The notes: generated from the letters alone by a model not told the origin. A stretch of DNA of 63,756 bases, filler included, from Rhabdomonas costata (GCA_019059605.1; 44 parts of 44 records of this genome joined end to end with filler, not necessarily neighbours in it), one strand, 5' to 3'. Positions 12,357 through 25,830 are shown, numbered from the whole stretch's first letter. Translations and numbers: made by a program.

Positions 12357-14641
12357 CTGGGTGAGAAAACCACGCAAACGCTGATGCGCTAGTTGCGGAA
12401 AAATCATTGCATTTATTATTCCGGTGAGAAAGGATGTACGAAGAAGATGTTGTCCTCTCGCTCATTACAAGGACACACCACCGCTACTTCCCTATCGTGT
12501 TCGATGTGGCGCGAGACCACAAGTGTTTCTGACGAGGATGAATACTAAACTGTAAATTGCAGCTGAAGAGAACGACGGTGCGTCTGTAAAACCGCGAGCA
12601 CAGCTCCAAGTACCATGGATTGAATGGGAGTGTTTCACGAATCGCGAGGTCTCATCCAACCAGTACCATGTTGATATGTTTCAGCAAACAGTCCGGAGCA
12701 TTGGCAAAGGATTGACCACCCAATAATTGGGCTACCGTCCAGGGCTTCATTTCACATTGCCCCTGCCTCCTCAACAGCGAGAGGTGAAAAATATTACCGA
12801 AGCGTCACCTTTTGGACTTATAGGAAGCTTTATTAACCATCTCAGCTGAGTTGTTTCTTATGCATTGGATGCTCTTAAGTTCATTAAGTTCAGGCTTCTT
12901 TTTCGGGGGGATATGCCGATGTTTTCCAGATGTGTGGTTGACAGCAGTTGGAAAACATCGGCATATCCCCCCACAACCNNNNNNNNNNNNNNNNNNNNNN
13001 NNNNNNNNNNNNNNNNNNNNNNTTAATTAATTAANNNNNNNNNNNNNNNNNNNNNNNNNNNNNNNNNNNNNNNNNNNNTTGTTTTTGGACACTACGACAG
13101 TACCATCCGCACGGGAGATGATTGCTTTGAGGTGCAAATTCCTCTCTATTTGGGTCAGCCGTTGGAGGCGCAAATGTGCGCTGTTTGTTCCTCGTGCCGT
13201 TCGTGCTTTGCGCACAGGAACAGGTGGATGCAGCGCTCGCCTTGGCCAACAGCTTGGAGTCCACTGTAAGATAGTCTCGTCCCCATGCACATGTCCCGAT
13301 CCCCATCCGCGCTTTTGTGAACGCAATCTGTGATGTTGTTGGCCCCGAAATCTGAAATCCGAGATGTGTCCTGTGCATTTTGCAAGGGTTCACTGCAAGG
13401 GAACAATTGACTGGCACGCTTACGTGTAGCAGGTAACAGGAAAGTCCAGCAACCCAAAATCTCAAAAGAATTATGGGGTAGCAATTCTGCGAAAATTGAA
13501 GACGAGCTGTCCGGAATGCCCTCCCAGGCTATATATACTGCACCGGGGTGCGACCTGGGGGGGGGGACCTTGAGATGAGACGATCGGGTCCTCTGCCGCG
13601 TCGTTGTGATTAACCCCACTTTCCACTTTCCACTTTCCACTACCTCCATGTGTCTGTGTCTGTCTGTCTGTCTGTCTGTGTGTCCCCGTAACGAACGAGG
13701 TACGAGTGTCGTGTCGTGTCGTGTCGTGTAGGGATTAGTACGCGAAAAAAATGGTACCCAAAGGACAGTGGCAGTTATATTTATATTCACATGCGGGACC
13801 CATGCGGCATAAAAACCGGGAATGCCCGCTCACCCTCGGAAGCGCTCCGAAGCAAGGCACCCGTTCGGCCGACAACGCATAGAATAATCCGGGATAGCCC
13901 TTCACAACAAAAGTTCCCGAACTGGAATACCCATCTTTAGGGTGCGTTCAAAGTTTCATATTCCACGGGAATGCCGAATACCGTTGATTGAAGAGACCCA
14001 ATTCCAGAAATCTGACCCCAAAAACCAAGCGCCATATATGTAGCAGCCTTTTCTGGTCTAAACGGCACCCTTCGTTCTGGAACGGCGGACCGCTTGCTAT
14101 AGGCAAAACCTCGAGGGCCCCAATTTCTGGCGAAAGAAGCGGCGTCCGAAACCTAAGCAAGAGAAGTCCAAATATGTCCAAATATCCCGGCCAACACTTA
14201 GACCAAGCAAGCGCGGAGCCGAAGAGCCCGACGAAACACACGCCCGAGCCAGAAGCCGAAGATATAGCCCACGCGTCGACCCCGAAGAGAGGAAGCCGGA
14301 CGGGCCCGCGTGTAAAATCAGCCCCTTTCTTTGCCAAGTTCACTGCCGACCACCACCGGGTCGAAGGCGTGAGAAACGCTCACCCGAAAACGCGCCACAA
14401 AAACTCAACCACTGCCAAAACAGGAACAAANNNNNNNNNNNNNNNNNNNNNNNNNNNNNNNNNNNNNNNNNNNNTTAATTAATTAANNNNNNNNNNNNNN
14501 NNNNNNNNNNNNNNNNNNNNNNNNNNNNNNTTTTGGGGGGACGCTTCTGGTCAAGACCAGAAAGAGAGAATTCAATCGGGAGCAGCTGCTGATGTACTGT
14601 TGCACACTTGGGAAGTGAATTAACCCCTTGTTCACGCACAC

Positions 14642-14831
14642 CTCACAGTCGAAGCACTTCTGGACCATCCGAGAGAGCAGCATGCGGTTGATCTGGCAGT
14701 CGTCAACGATGAGGCACATTGAGAGCTTGGAGACCGGGGTGGCGGCGGGTGCCGATGGGCCGGAAGGGGGAGCGATAGGGCTGGCACGCCCTGAGGTGGA
14801 ACTGCTGCGCAAGTCCAGCGAACTCAGGCAC
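14642..14831 (-). CDS. Exon containing the start of a response-regulator receiver domain
   Basis: MCLIVDDCQINRMLLSRMVQK matches the LIVDDxxxNRxxL receiver motif typical of hybrid histidine kinases; CAG/GTGTGC borders. Confidence 0.8.
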
Positions 14832-16030
14832 CTGCGAGTCCCCCCCAAAAAAAATGGCACCCGTGTGAGCTGGGTGCGGCTGAAGGCTTAGAAAAAAGAA
14901 CAAAGGAAGGCATGAGCGGGGGTGGGAGCGACGTGATATAATTAAGCAATGTTAGACGATGCAATATGTGATGCTGCATGCCGTTGTTACAGGGCAAAGT
15001 GTCTAACCGGTCTAGAGGGCCCAGTGACCCCAGGACCCAGACTGCATCGCTGAGTCGTGACCTCACGTTGGGCCCAAAACCATCACGGCACAGTCCCCGT
15101 CTTAGCCGCCGCTCCAGCCGCCCCGCGGACTGGCCGAGGCAATATAACAGTGGTTTTTACGTCGATGCACCGCAGCATATTCATATCATCGCCATCACCA
15201 GACCACTAACCAACGGGATATGATCACCTTAACAACTCACCCGTGTGCCTTTGGCCCGAAGACAAACGCACGGGGAAGAGAGAGGGGGAGGGCACCTCCG
15301 AATGGAGGCCAGGTTTACTGCTGACTTGAAGGAGGGGGAGACGGCGGGAGATAGTGCTGGGTTTTCCGGAAGAATTCGACGGGTGGGCTGAGAAAACGCT
15401 GCCAGCCCGGAGTCACGGAGGTCTCCAGCGGACTGCCCGGGAATACCGACGACCTCGGGGAAGGATGGGACCACGGATTCAGCGGTAACTGAGAGCGAGA
15501 AACAAATGCAAGAGACTTGTCCATTACAATCAGTTGAGTTAATCATTTTCAAAAGTATAAACTTGAGAAAGGACCTTCAACAGCTTCTTCCGCATCATGT
15601 GATGGCAACGTGTGCGATCCAAACAGACAATCTTTAATTGGGAAAACGACACAGATCTCATGGCGGTGGGGCGAAGTTATCATGGCTTTATCACTTTATC
15701 GTTATGTTCCCGATGGGGGAGGGAAGGGGAGTTGTCATGGCCGACATACCCTCCCATCAATCCGAGTACCTCCATTATAGGCAACCCCCAACCCCCGCAC
15801 AGACCTCCTCATCCTTTTCCGCCAAGCGCCATCTCACCACATCTCCACCTGCCCTCTTTCTGTCCCTCCTCCCAAACCCCCNNNNNNNNNNNNNNNNNNN
15901 NNNNNNNNNNNNNNNNNNNNNNNNNTTAATTAATTAANNNNNNNNNNNNNNNNNNNNNNNNNNNNNNNNNNNNNNNNNNNNTTGTGGGTGTGTGTGCGTG
16001 TGTGTGGAGGGGGGGGGGCGGACTAAAAAC

Positions 16031-16143
16031 CACTCTTCGCTCTGCTGCACCGGGGACACTCGCAGGATTTCCAGAACAGGCGAAGGGCCACTGCAGAGCC
16101 CGCTGACGAGATCCACAGGGAGGACGTCGCAGGTGAACTCAAC
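16031..16143 (-). CDS. Exon likely from the C-terminal part of a class III nucleotidyl cyclase
   Basis: VEFTCDVLPVDLV...QSEEW resembles the exon at 63637 (VECTTSCLPCTVL), with the same phase-0 intron before VE. Confidence 0.4.
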
Positions 16144-17453
16144 CTGAGCCGAGGTGCATGCCATTTATGCAAGTTAGTACCACACAAGCATCGCTGACAC
16201 GACAGATTTTGGATGGGAAGTTGGGAGCTCCTGTAGGGGCAAAAAAACGACAACTAATACACAGGAATAAAAAGGATACGCCATGATCCACCCATTTCCA
16301 ACAGAAAGTCTTTTTACCCTTATGACGTATACGGCGCGGTCCCGAAAATATGCGCGATGTGCCTTTTTTCGCTTGGATTGAGCCTCAGGACTTTGTTGCC
16401 CTTCAGTTCATAGACAAGAATGAATCCACACGACGACAGTAGCACCAGACTTGGCGAGCCCTCAGCAATGCTGTTGTAAAAGAAACAACTGTGCATCAGA
16501 GAAACACAGCTTCATCACAGACACATGGCCCAAGTTCCCAAGTTCCCTGCACAGGTTCGTCTCACCGCCTTATATACCCCTGACGCCATCCATTGCAACC
16601 TTCGGAGGAGGCAACGTACTTCACGCTTGGGACTGGCACCACTCTAAAAATTTCTCATTACTAATGAAATGTAGTGGTTGAAAAAAAAGTCCAGGCTCTT
16701 ACCTGCCTTCTGCAATGCCAACGCTCAGATTGGATCAACAACGAATGTTCAGTGAGCAAAGAAGGGTAGCGGACGGTTACTTTGCGATACAAACCGTTGC
16801 AGTGCTCCATCCAAGACAACCCCATCACCACCACCAAAACAACCACATGCAGACGCACACCTGGACCCCAACGTCGTTGTCGGCAACAAGACGACCTCCG
16901 ATCACCTCGCACAGGGAAAGCAGCTTGTGGGCCTTCCCCTGAAAACCAATTTGGGAAGAGTTGCCCTCTAGTCTCCACGTGGTCTCCACCGTTGGGAGGA
17001 ACACTTTTAGAACTCAACAGTAGAAATCGTCAAACGGTCCTTTCGACAAAATTGTTATCAACAAAATAAGAATTTTCTTATTTCTCACTGATTGAAGGAT
17101 TTTTTTTAGTTTCTTACTGATCAATAATGACGAACGGGGAAGTGTTTCACACAAGATTAATTGTTTCAGGCTCACTGCAGCAGGGAGGGTGTCCAAATTT
17201 TGGTTTACTCAAATTTGTTTAATTTCATCATAATCCAATACACGATGACCCTGGGAGGGAGCCTGAAACAATTAATCTTGTGTGAAACACTTCCCCGTTC
17301 GTCATTATTGATCAGTAAGAAACCAAAAAAAANNNNNNNNNNNNNNNNNNNNNNNNNNNNNNNNNNNNNNNNNNNNTTAATTAATTAANNNNNNNNNNNN
17401 NNNNNNNNNNNNNNNNNNNNNNNNNNNNNNNNGAAGTGTGTCGCCTCACCAAC

Positions 17454-17641
17454 CCGTCCATGTGCTGTATGGAGAAATGGCAGTGGGTATAAGGGAAGAG
17501 ATGGTTGTGGGAAAGCGTGGTCGACATCTCATTCTCCGGGGGTCTCTCCGACACGATCCCCGCAAAACCCGCACCGGCGTTGTGCCACCGTGCGAGGTAC
17601 TGGTCGTCCTTCTGCCGCTCACGGCGGGCAACGACCACTCC
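17454..17641 (-). CDS. Exon, possibly the divergent N-terminal part of the adjacent PP2C (opposite strand)
   Basis: CAG|GVVVARRERQKDDQYLA...AGFAGIVSERPPENEMSTTLSHNHLFPY...MDG|GT; loosely fits PP2C motifs 1-2. Confidence 0.45.
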
Positions 17642-17864
17642 CTGGAGATGAGTAAACACACCGGTTCATCTTCAGATTCAAGACCGACATGAAGTGCAGT
17701 GTCTGTCTGTGCGTGTGTGCATCTGATTCAACGAGCTGTTCACAGTACCAGCGCCGTGATTATTTGTTCCCATCCATCATGAACAAAGTGTAATGCTCCC
17801 TCCCCCTCGCGCGCGCTCCAACCCTTCCGCACCGGGGCGCTTATTTCCCTCTCCGCCCTTTCAG

Positions 17865-18366
17865 GCACATCAAGCCCAACGCTTCTCCGAAGGATTGCAA
17901 GGAGGCACTTCGCTTGGCTCTGCTGGAGAGCGACGAGCGCTTCCTGCGCTTCGCTGGGGAGAGGCGGCTGGAGTCCGGCACGGCCGCTCTGGTGGCCTGC
18001 ATCGCGGACGGGTTTGCGTCGGAGGGGGGGGGGTGGTCAACAGCACGTCTGTCCGGTCTTCTTCTTGCTTCTTTCCTGGTGAGTCAGCAAACCAGGCCCC
18101 AAAACCTACTTCTGTCCCGCGAGCCAACGGATTTTTTGGAGGCGGTCGGCATTGACTGCGAGCAACTGACAACGCTCCATTATGCACCAGTGTTGCGACC
18201 AAGGTAAACCTGCCTGCCATGGAAGTGATGTTTGTCATATCTTCCCCGCGTGACCATTGGTGGCGGTTTGATTTTGGGTTGGGTCGTCTTCCACAGATGG
18301 ATTCATATTGCTCATGTGGGAGACTGCCGCGCCATTGTTGTCCAAGAGGGAACACCCAGGACCCTG
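17865..18366 (+). CDS. PP2C-family protein phosphatase, two exons (17865-18011, 18297-18366)
   Basis: ALLESDERFL...ESGTAALVACIADG|WIHIAHVGDCRAIVV; SGTxA and AHVGDCRA motifs; phase-2 GT-AG join. Confidence 0.88.
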
Positions 18367-18926
18367 GTGCTCACGCAGGGCATGCGTGCTTGCCCGTAAA
18401 TTTCTTTTCCTCCTCTTGCTCGGGTGATGTGGCGCTTTTTTCGGGTGGGTTCCTTTTTCCTTCATCACGTGAACTCTTCTTGGTTCTGGGGCCAGCAGGG
18501 GAGGAGGGGAGTTGGGTGGTCAACGTGAGAAACTGTGCACCGCTGAACTCCACTGGATTATGAACTCTCTCCCCCTCTGTTGGTATTAGTGGCATGTGCC
18601 GTATGTGAACTTTATTTCGGGACATTTCCCTGCTTCTCCAGTTTCGGCCAAAAAAAGACTCGCTGCACCTCAGCGAACAGTATTTCAAAAGACGGACACC
18701 GCTGACAAGGGATCGCGGACAAGGTGATCCCCGGGCACAAAAAACCCCGATTTGCGATTGCGATCTTCCTCGTTACCAAACACCNNNNNNNNNNNNNNNN
18801 NNNNNNNNNNNNNNNNNNNNNNNNNNNNTTAATTAATTAANNNNNNNNNNNNNNNNNNNNNNNNNNNNNNNNNNNNNNNNNNNNCGCGCAATGAATGAGT
18901 AGAGGTGTGTGTGTGTGGAGGGGCAC

Positions 18927-19714
18927 CTTTGCCGGCAGGGTTTCCCCCTCGGGATGTTCCAAAAAGACTCGAGGCACCAGGTCCGAGTCTACTTCGAACT
19001 CTTCCCCAACGGAAGAGGTAGAGGAGGAGAGGCCGCCCATGCCCCCATCGGCAGGGGAGGGTCGGCCGCCATCCACCTCCATCCGGGATTCAGCGCTCTT
19101 GCGGACAATGAAGAACTCCCCCTGGAAGATGGGCCAAAAGAGGCGCAACCCGCTGAAGAATGGAATACAATCGAACGAACAAACAAACAAACGGACGAAC
19201 GAACTAACGAACGGCATCCAGGTTCTTCTTCCAGATTACTGGACGGACCAACCATCTTTTTCAAGAAAGTTTTGTTACTACAAGTACACTCTTGCAAGGC
19301 ATGTCCAAAGTCGGGAACAATTAGAAGAGAAGACAGAGGAGGAGAGACAGAGGAGAAGAGCAATTAGCATGAAGAAGAATGTCATTTGGACCTTCGCTAT
19401 TGATCCTTCATCTAATAAAATAAACCCGACACAACTAAAGACTCACCCTAAGAGCGCTTAAAAAAAAGCATCACAACCACACGCCACCCGTGCGATGCAA
19501 CTGCCCACTCCCTCTGTCACTCCCTCCTTCCAGTCACCGCTGACCTCGGCTCGGGGTAGGGTGCCGTACACCATCCAAAACACCAGATGCTGCAGCAGAA
19601 GCTCGTAGCAGTACCGCAGCACCCGTCGTACAGCCAGCTGGACCGCGGGAACCCCGGTCATGCTGCGCTGCCGCAGGTTCTCCAGCAGGTCTACAAACCC
19701 CTCCCTTCCTCTCG
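18927..19714 (-). CDS. TUBGCP4: Gamma-tubulin complex component (GCP4-like), two exons (19714-19545, 19121-18927)
   Basis: LLENLRQRSMTGVPAVQLAVRRVLRYCYELLLQHLVFWMVYGTLPRAE|GEFFI; GCP WxxxGxL...EFFI motif plus the GCP4-type TGxPxV. Confidence 0.7.
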
Positions 19715-20614
19715 CTACAAAAGAATGGGCGAACATGTCAGGTTGCGATTTCGATTGGGTGGCTGTGTATTTCCTATTTCTTTTGGATAGCTCAATTTGG
19801 GTGTTCAAACATCTGGAAGAACGCTTTAGTCACTACTTTCGCCACTGCATTGGTTGAGACTACGGCTTCCGTCCCCAGCCTGAGATCCTCGGGTCGCGTC
19901 ACCTCCCCAGACACCCATCCCTCAAGTGGCCACATCTAGTTCGGCTTCGTCAAACAACTCACTTCGACTTGCAACGGGAGCAGAGAAATAGAGATGTTGG
20001 AAAAAATGCTAATAATGGAGCCTGCCGAAGCGGTCCGTCTGTCTCCAAACGCCCGCACAGGAAGCTGAGAACTTTTTCATCCGCCCAGTCTTTCTGGACT
20101 TAAGCCTTCCTCTCGCCCTTTTCGCAACGCCTGGTGACCGTTTCTATTGGCCACAGGGACTATTATTTGTAGAGGTGTTGTGCTTCTAACGTTTTTGTGT
20201 GCGTGCTCTCCCAGCTTATGCACTCCAGCACAAAANNNNNNNNNNNNNNNNNNNNNNNNNNNNNNNNNNNNNNNNNNNNTTAATTAATTAANNNNNNNNN
20301 NNNNNNNNNNNNNNNNNNNNNNNNNNNNNNNNNNNGGTTTTTTGTGATTTAAGCTCATTAGACCGACATATCGCATTTTCTGGGTTGACACTGTTACAAC
20401 GCTCGTGAAGGCAGGCCTTCCCAAACAATGTGATGAGGCTAGGGAGTCGAGTTTTCCCTTTGTCTGAAGTCAAGCTTCCCTTGGTCTGTCGCTGAATTTG
20501 ACATTGTAACCGCCTGAATGCGTGCAGTTCCTGTGTGACTAGAGTGTGGGGATGGATGCGAGGAACTGCGGCCTTGTAAAAGTGGAATGATGTGACGGTG
20601 TAAGGGTGTTCTAC

Positions 20615-21490
20615 CTTGCTGGCCCTGTCCACCGAAGACTCCCTGTCCAAGGGGGAGATCCCCTGCCGGAGCTGCTTCAGGTGGGACTGCAGCGCGGAGC
20701 GGGACGCCCGCTCGGAGTCGTACATCTGCTGGAACTTGCTCAGGGAATCCTGGGAGGCCTGCTGCCTTGTCTGGAGCCCAATCCCACCCCGCTTATGCCC
20801 CAAACTCCCCCAGGCCTGCGTAAAAACTGCATACCCGCTCAACATCCATAGGGCTCGTTTTCTGGAAGGTCCCGTTTCCTCCGGTGTGGCCCACCCAACA
20901 CATTGTTGGGTGCTATCCTGTCGACCGTGCACAGAGCGGGGGGTGAGAGATTAGGAATCACAAACACGGGAAGATGGTGACTGTGAATCCAATTGGCACA
21001 GCGGAATAAAACCAAACATAATAATATTAAACGCAGAAGCTTCGGCTCTCATGTAAATCGGCATACTTTCACGGCCCACTTACACAGCGCCGGAAAGGGT
21101 GGCCAAGCCAGCAGAATCCAAGGAGCACTGCGTATGTATGTGCGTATACTGCTCCAGTAATCTCAAAAGGTGTTTGAAAAACATCCTTAGCTTCTCGCCT
21201 CGCTCGCCGTCCACTGGCCGGAAATTTCCCAGGATGACAGCTATTCAAAGACGTCCCGCAAAGCGAAAAAACCCGAAAAGAACAACCTGCAGCAGCTCCA
21301 AGTCAATCGTCACCGAGTTCAGCTTGTCTGTGGCCATGCCCAGCGCACCCTCCGCGGCGGCCCTCTGTCCCGCCTCTGCGGCGAGCTCCGCTTGGATCCG
21401 TTCCAGCGAGTTCTTGGCAGCCATCAGCTGGGCCCCCTCCTGCACCCTCTGCTCGCGTGCCCGATCCAGCTCCTGCTCCAACTCACTGAC
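20615..21490 (-). CDS. Coiled-coil protein, two exons (21490-21287, 20770-20615)
   Basis: Phase-0 GT-AG exons with E/Q/A/L heptad-rich sequence and GC3-rich codons. Confidence 0.65.
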
Positions 21491-22490
21491 CTGCGAGGAG
21501 ACCGAGATGCCTTCCTAATGACCACGTCTGTGCGAAAGAAAGCCCTTCCGCGCAGGGTCGGCAAAACCCCAAACCCAACTTTCTTCAGTGCCCAGATCTG
21601 TTTGAACATTACAAACCTGCGGGGCCCAATGGAACTTGCGGGGGGAGAGGTGACCGTTACCACTGGTAACTGTCACCTCTCCCCCCNNNNNNNNNNNNNN
21701 NNNNNNNNNNNNNNNNNNNNNNNNNNNNNNTTAATTAATTAANNNNNNNNNNNNNNNNNNNNNNNNNNNNNNNNNNNNNNNNNNNNGGTGGTTGTGGTAC
21801 GGATGCAGCACTTGCGAGCATCAAATGAAATTGGAAATGTGGTAAGTATTTTGAAATCCCAGAGGTAAATTGTCCCAAATTTGGGACAAACATCATTTCG
21901 CACATCACATATACGTGTCAACAACGATACAACCCCGAAATTCCCCCAGTTCTCGGAAAGAGGCATGCGAAATGTCAGGAATGATTGCACAAAAGGGTTT
22001 TTTGTGCCCGATCAAGCCGGTTGCAACAGCAACAGCAAAATTCCACGCACTCATCCTGAGGAGCGCGGTGGCCGGGGGGGGGGGGGGGTGCTGAATGATG
22101 TTGGCCTTGACTGGGGTTAGATTCCATTGACTTCTCTCCAAATCACCAACGCCCAGGTGCTTCAACGTTACTAGGAAATGAGGGTTTTGGTGTACCAAGT
22201 TGTGATTTTGTATCCGGGTGTGATGTCAACCACCGTCCTCATTCGTCTTTCTGGCCTTGTTCCCCAGGTCGTGCTGGGACGGTGGCCTGCGGTTCTGGAC
22301 GGCTCCGCTCTAACTTCACTTTGTATGAAGACCTTAAACGCCGAAAGATTCAACATGGTATGTGGGCATGTATGGTGTGTGTGTGCATTCTTAGTCCGTT
22401 TTATTATGCTGTGATGGTGCCTGGGTGTCGGTTCGGGCATCGTTGCTGAAGGGCTGAAGGGCAGAGTGGATGTGGCGGTTCTTTCCTCAG

Positions 22491-22616
22491 GTATGGCTGT
22501 TAAACCACAACCTTACTGCGTCCTACTACCCTGGGGTGGCCTACCTCGAGTGTTGCGACCCTGCCGAGAAATGCATGATACACGGGTGCTCGAACTACAC
22601 AGATAGCTTGGGTGAG
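22491..22616 (+). CDS. Exon of an unknown protein (other small exons likely at ~22268-22357 and from ~23005)
   Basis: CAG|VWLLNHNLTASYYPGVAYLECCDPAEKCMIHGCSNYTDSLGE|GT with coding-like codon usage. Confidence 0.45.
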
Positions 22617-25518
22617 GTATCTCGGGACCTAGTTCCCGGGTGTGTGTGTGTGTGTGTGTGTGCAGGGGTGGTTGGGTGAGGGTGTCAAATAAAAAGCAAT
22701 ATCGTTTCATGGGAATTCGTTTGTTTCGTGGGAAAAAGTCAAATACTAATCTCTTTTGGGGGCTTGATATTAATCCAAGGTGTGCGTTCCCTTCCACCTG
22801 TGGTTTTTTGTCAACCGCAAACCTGTAACGTTTCACTTTTAGTCGTTGGTGGTGCTCTTTCTGTTCTGCGTGATTCTGGTTTGGCTGCCTGTGACAGCCT
22901 TTTTTTATTTAAAAATCCGAGTAAATGGAACTGCTGCCCAAACCCTCCTGCTTTTCCCCATCGCCACGACTCGCTTGATGAATCCTTTCCCTGTGTTTTC
23001 CTAGGTTACCATTCAGTCTAAGTATTGGGACCACAGCAGGGCTGCGGTGGAGATGTTTGCCTACCTGCGCCATAGCCCCCTGGGTCACTCCCCAGCCGTC
23101 TTCACCAAATGCCTCGACACTGTCTCCCCACAAACAANNNNNNNNNNNNNNNNNNNNNNNNNNNNNNNNNNNNNNNNNNNNTTAATTAATTAANNNNNNN
23201 NNNNNNNNNNNNNNNNNNNNNNNNNNNNNNNNNNNNNGGGTGTTTTGTGCAGGAAACTTGTGCCGCCCCCCCCCCAACCCTTTTTCACACACTTCCTCGT
23301 TGGTGCGTTTGATGTATATGAGAAACGATTTTTTTTTGCCCGTTGGTACCAATTCAGCTTTTGGGCATTGGGATAGGCTCCATCCGCTCGAAGCTCTGTC
23401 GAGGTTTCTTCACCGAGTCCATATCGGTGTTCCCTCTTTGGGTGATCGGCACTCCCGCACGCAATGATGCCAATATCCGATGATATCACGTAGTTAAACT
23501 TCACCACTAGAAAGGACCGCCATGAGCATCCTGAAGTTTCCAATTCGCTGAATTGTTTCGGGGTTTATATATAATAAGAGCAGCTCTGGCACTATCTCGT
23601 CTGCCGCTTTCGATTCATTTTCTCAACGATGATAGAGGCGTCTTCCGTTGTTCATGAATAAGGTCGCCTGGACACTGTGAAGGTGCAAGCCGCTTGTTGA
23701 AGGATACCGATGCTGAGTGGAGCAGGAAGAAGAAACTCTCTGATTGTATACGCTGTGGGTGTGGAATGGAAGCAGCGTTTGCAATGCCCTGCTTCCTTAT
23801 TGAATGAGGTCAGATAGTGGAGTTTGGGGCAGTACTCACGCAGTCTGTGGATCTAGGATTTTTATTCCGAAAGCACACGTCCTTGTGGGGCTTCTACAAT
23901 GGCTTTACGTTCTCGAGCTGCCTGGAGCTGCCTTGCAGGGGTCTGCCTCTGCTTCCTGGTTGCCGGGTTCTTTCCCTGGGTCATCCCTCCGTACCTCACC
24001 TTCCTCGACCTTCATGTCCTCGCTCTGGTCGCGTACTTCCAGATTCCCGTCAACGTTCCCCTGAAGCCCTTTTTCACAAATATTCTCTCCCGCACTGGCC
24101 GCACCTTTGGAATCAAGAATATCCTCGCCTTTATTTCCGGGACCCTGGTTTGCCCCGTTGTGGTGTCTCTCGTCGCCTCCCTGCCACCACCTCCGGGCAT
24201 GTCACTTCCGCTGGAGCCTCTTCCGTTTATCGGGGCACCTCTACATTGGCTGATTCTGGCCTTTCCTCCAGGCTCCGCCTCCGCTTGCCGGGCTTTCTAC
24301 CTCTGCCTGTCCCACTTCACAATCTTTCACATGGCAGGCTGGGTGGTGACGGACGATGGGCACCTCATGCTGGACTTGCAGCGGGCCGTGCAGCGCCTGG
24401 AGCTTCTCGCGTGGAAACCGCATTTTTTGGGCAATGCTAAGGGCACCATGGCACCTCATGCCCGATAAAGCAAAGTTTTTCCCGATAAACGCATGTTATG
24501 TTGTATTGTATGTTGTCATGAAAGATATCGGCACGCTTATTTCCGGATCAGGAAATAAGCGTGCCGATATCTTTCATGACAACACCAGNNNNNNNNNNNN
24601 NNNNNNNNNNNNNNNNNNNNNNNNNNNNNNNNTTAATTAATTAANNNNNNNNNNNNNNNNNNNNNNNNNNNNNNNNNNNNNNNNNNNNTTGTTGTTGGAA
24701 TATGTCCCTTATATTCTCCTCTCTTCCCCTTTGTTTTGAGAATGTATCGTGGTTCTTCAATTTCCTTCGTGGTGGCGACCACGGTTGTGATTGTTGTCGC
24801 AACGCTTTCCGTCCTCAGCAGTGCTGACCAGGGAATCCCGTCTAGGAGGCTGGGACTGCGTAACCCTGCTCCTTCGTCCCCATCTCCAACCTCGCTGCAA
24901 ACCAGAGCAAGCCTTCCCCAAAGTATGGCATACTGCTGCTAATTCGCGGCTTCGCCTGTATCGCGATGCATTGTGATGCTATCTGGGCAGATTGCTCTAA
25001 CCTTCCCTGTTTGAAGTTAGCGGGTATGTAGTGCACCTATCATTGACTCAGGTTGAGCCTGAAGTTGCGTCTGCCTGCGACTGGCTGTCTCTGCCTCTGC
25101 CGATGTTGACCAATGTTAGATATGTGTTTGATTTCCATGCACTCTTGTCTCATGCTGTGTCTTTGGTCGAGCTGACCTTGGAGGGTACTGGTGAGTTGTA
25201 TATTAATCTATGAGTTGTACACAAACTTGTAATAATGCAAACAGGAATATGCAGGTGCCAGGGGTAAGGGAAATGTTGCTGTGGCAGTGAGCCTGCTTTG
25301 GCCTCTGAGGGAGGTACTTCTGAAGGACGAGTCCGTTGTTGGTGCACAACTAGAATACCATTGAGAAGGGGCCGACGGCGCCGCTGCCGAGGGAAACCAT
25401 TCCCCCAAGACCTCGAGCACGGCGTCCATTGTGAAATTTTGTTGTTTTAAATGGCTCTGCTCAAAAATGTTGCCAGTGAGAGTCCTCCGGCTCGTGGTGT
25501 TGCTCAACTCCTTTGCAG

Positions 25519-25830
25519 CCTCTGGGTGCAACATCTCCCTGAGTGGCTGTGTGGGCTACTTCTGCGACACCTACGCTCTTAATGACCTCTATCTTTTGGC
25601 CGGAGAGTACGAAGGCCGGCCGTACTACAGCAAGGACACTCCCAGAATCTTCCTGTTCTACACGGCCGTGCTGGGGTGGACTTTGTTCGAAACGTTGGGC
25701 GCGAGGTTCGTGTATTACGCCAGCAACTCTCAGGACGTGCTCACGCCGGACATCTTGACCGCACCGTGGGCCGTTGTAGACCCTATCGCTGGTCCTGTTA
25801 CAGTTCCAGAAATGAGGGCTGTGTGCACAA
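25519..25830 (+). CDS. Exon of a secreted/surface protein module; a signal-peptide-like start lies at ~24742
   Basis: CNISLSGC...LNDLYLLAGEYEGRPYYSKD..IFLFY....W; CAG/GTATGC borders. Confidence 0.55.

Noticed and set aside
24511-24584. Perfect 34-bp-stem hairpin as a terminator, MITE or ncRNA (likewise 12905-12972, 17109-17323, 36093-36189, 52045-52154)
   Set aside because: All are mismatch-free, share no sequence and abut contig ends; one even duplicates ALS coding sequence. This is typical of fold-back artefacts.
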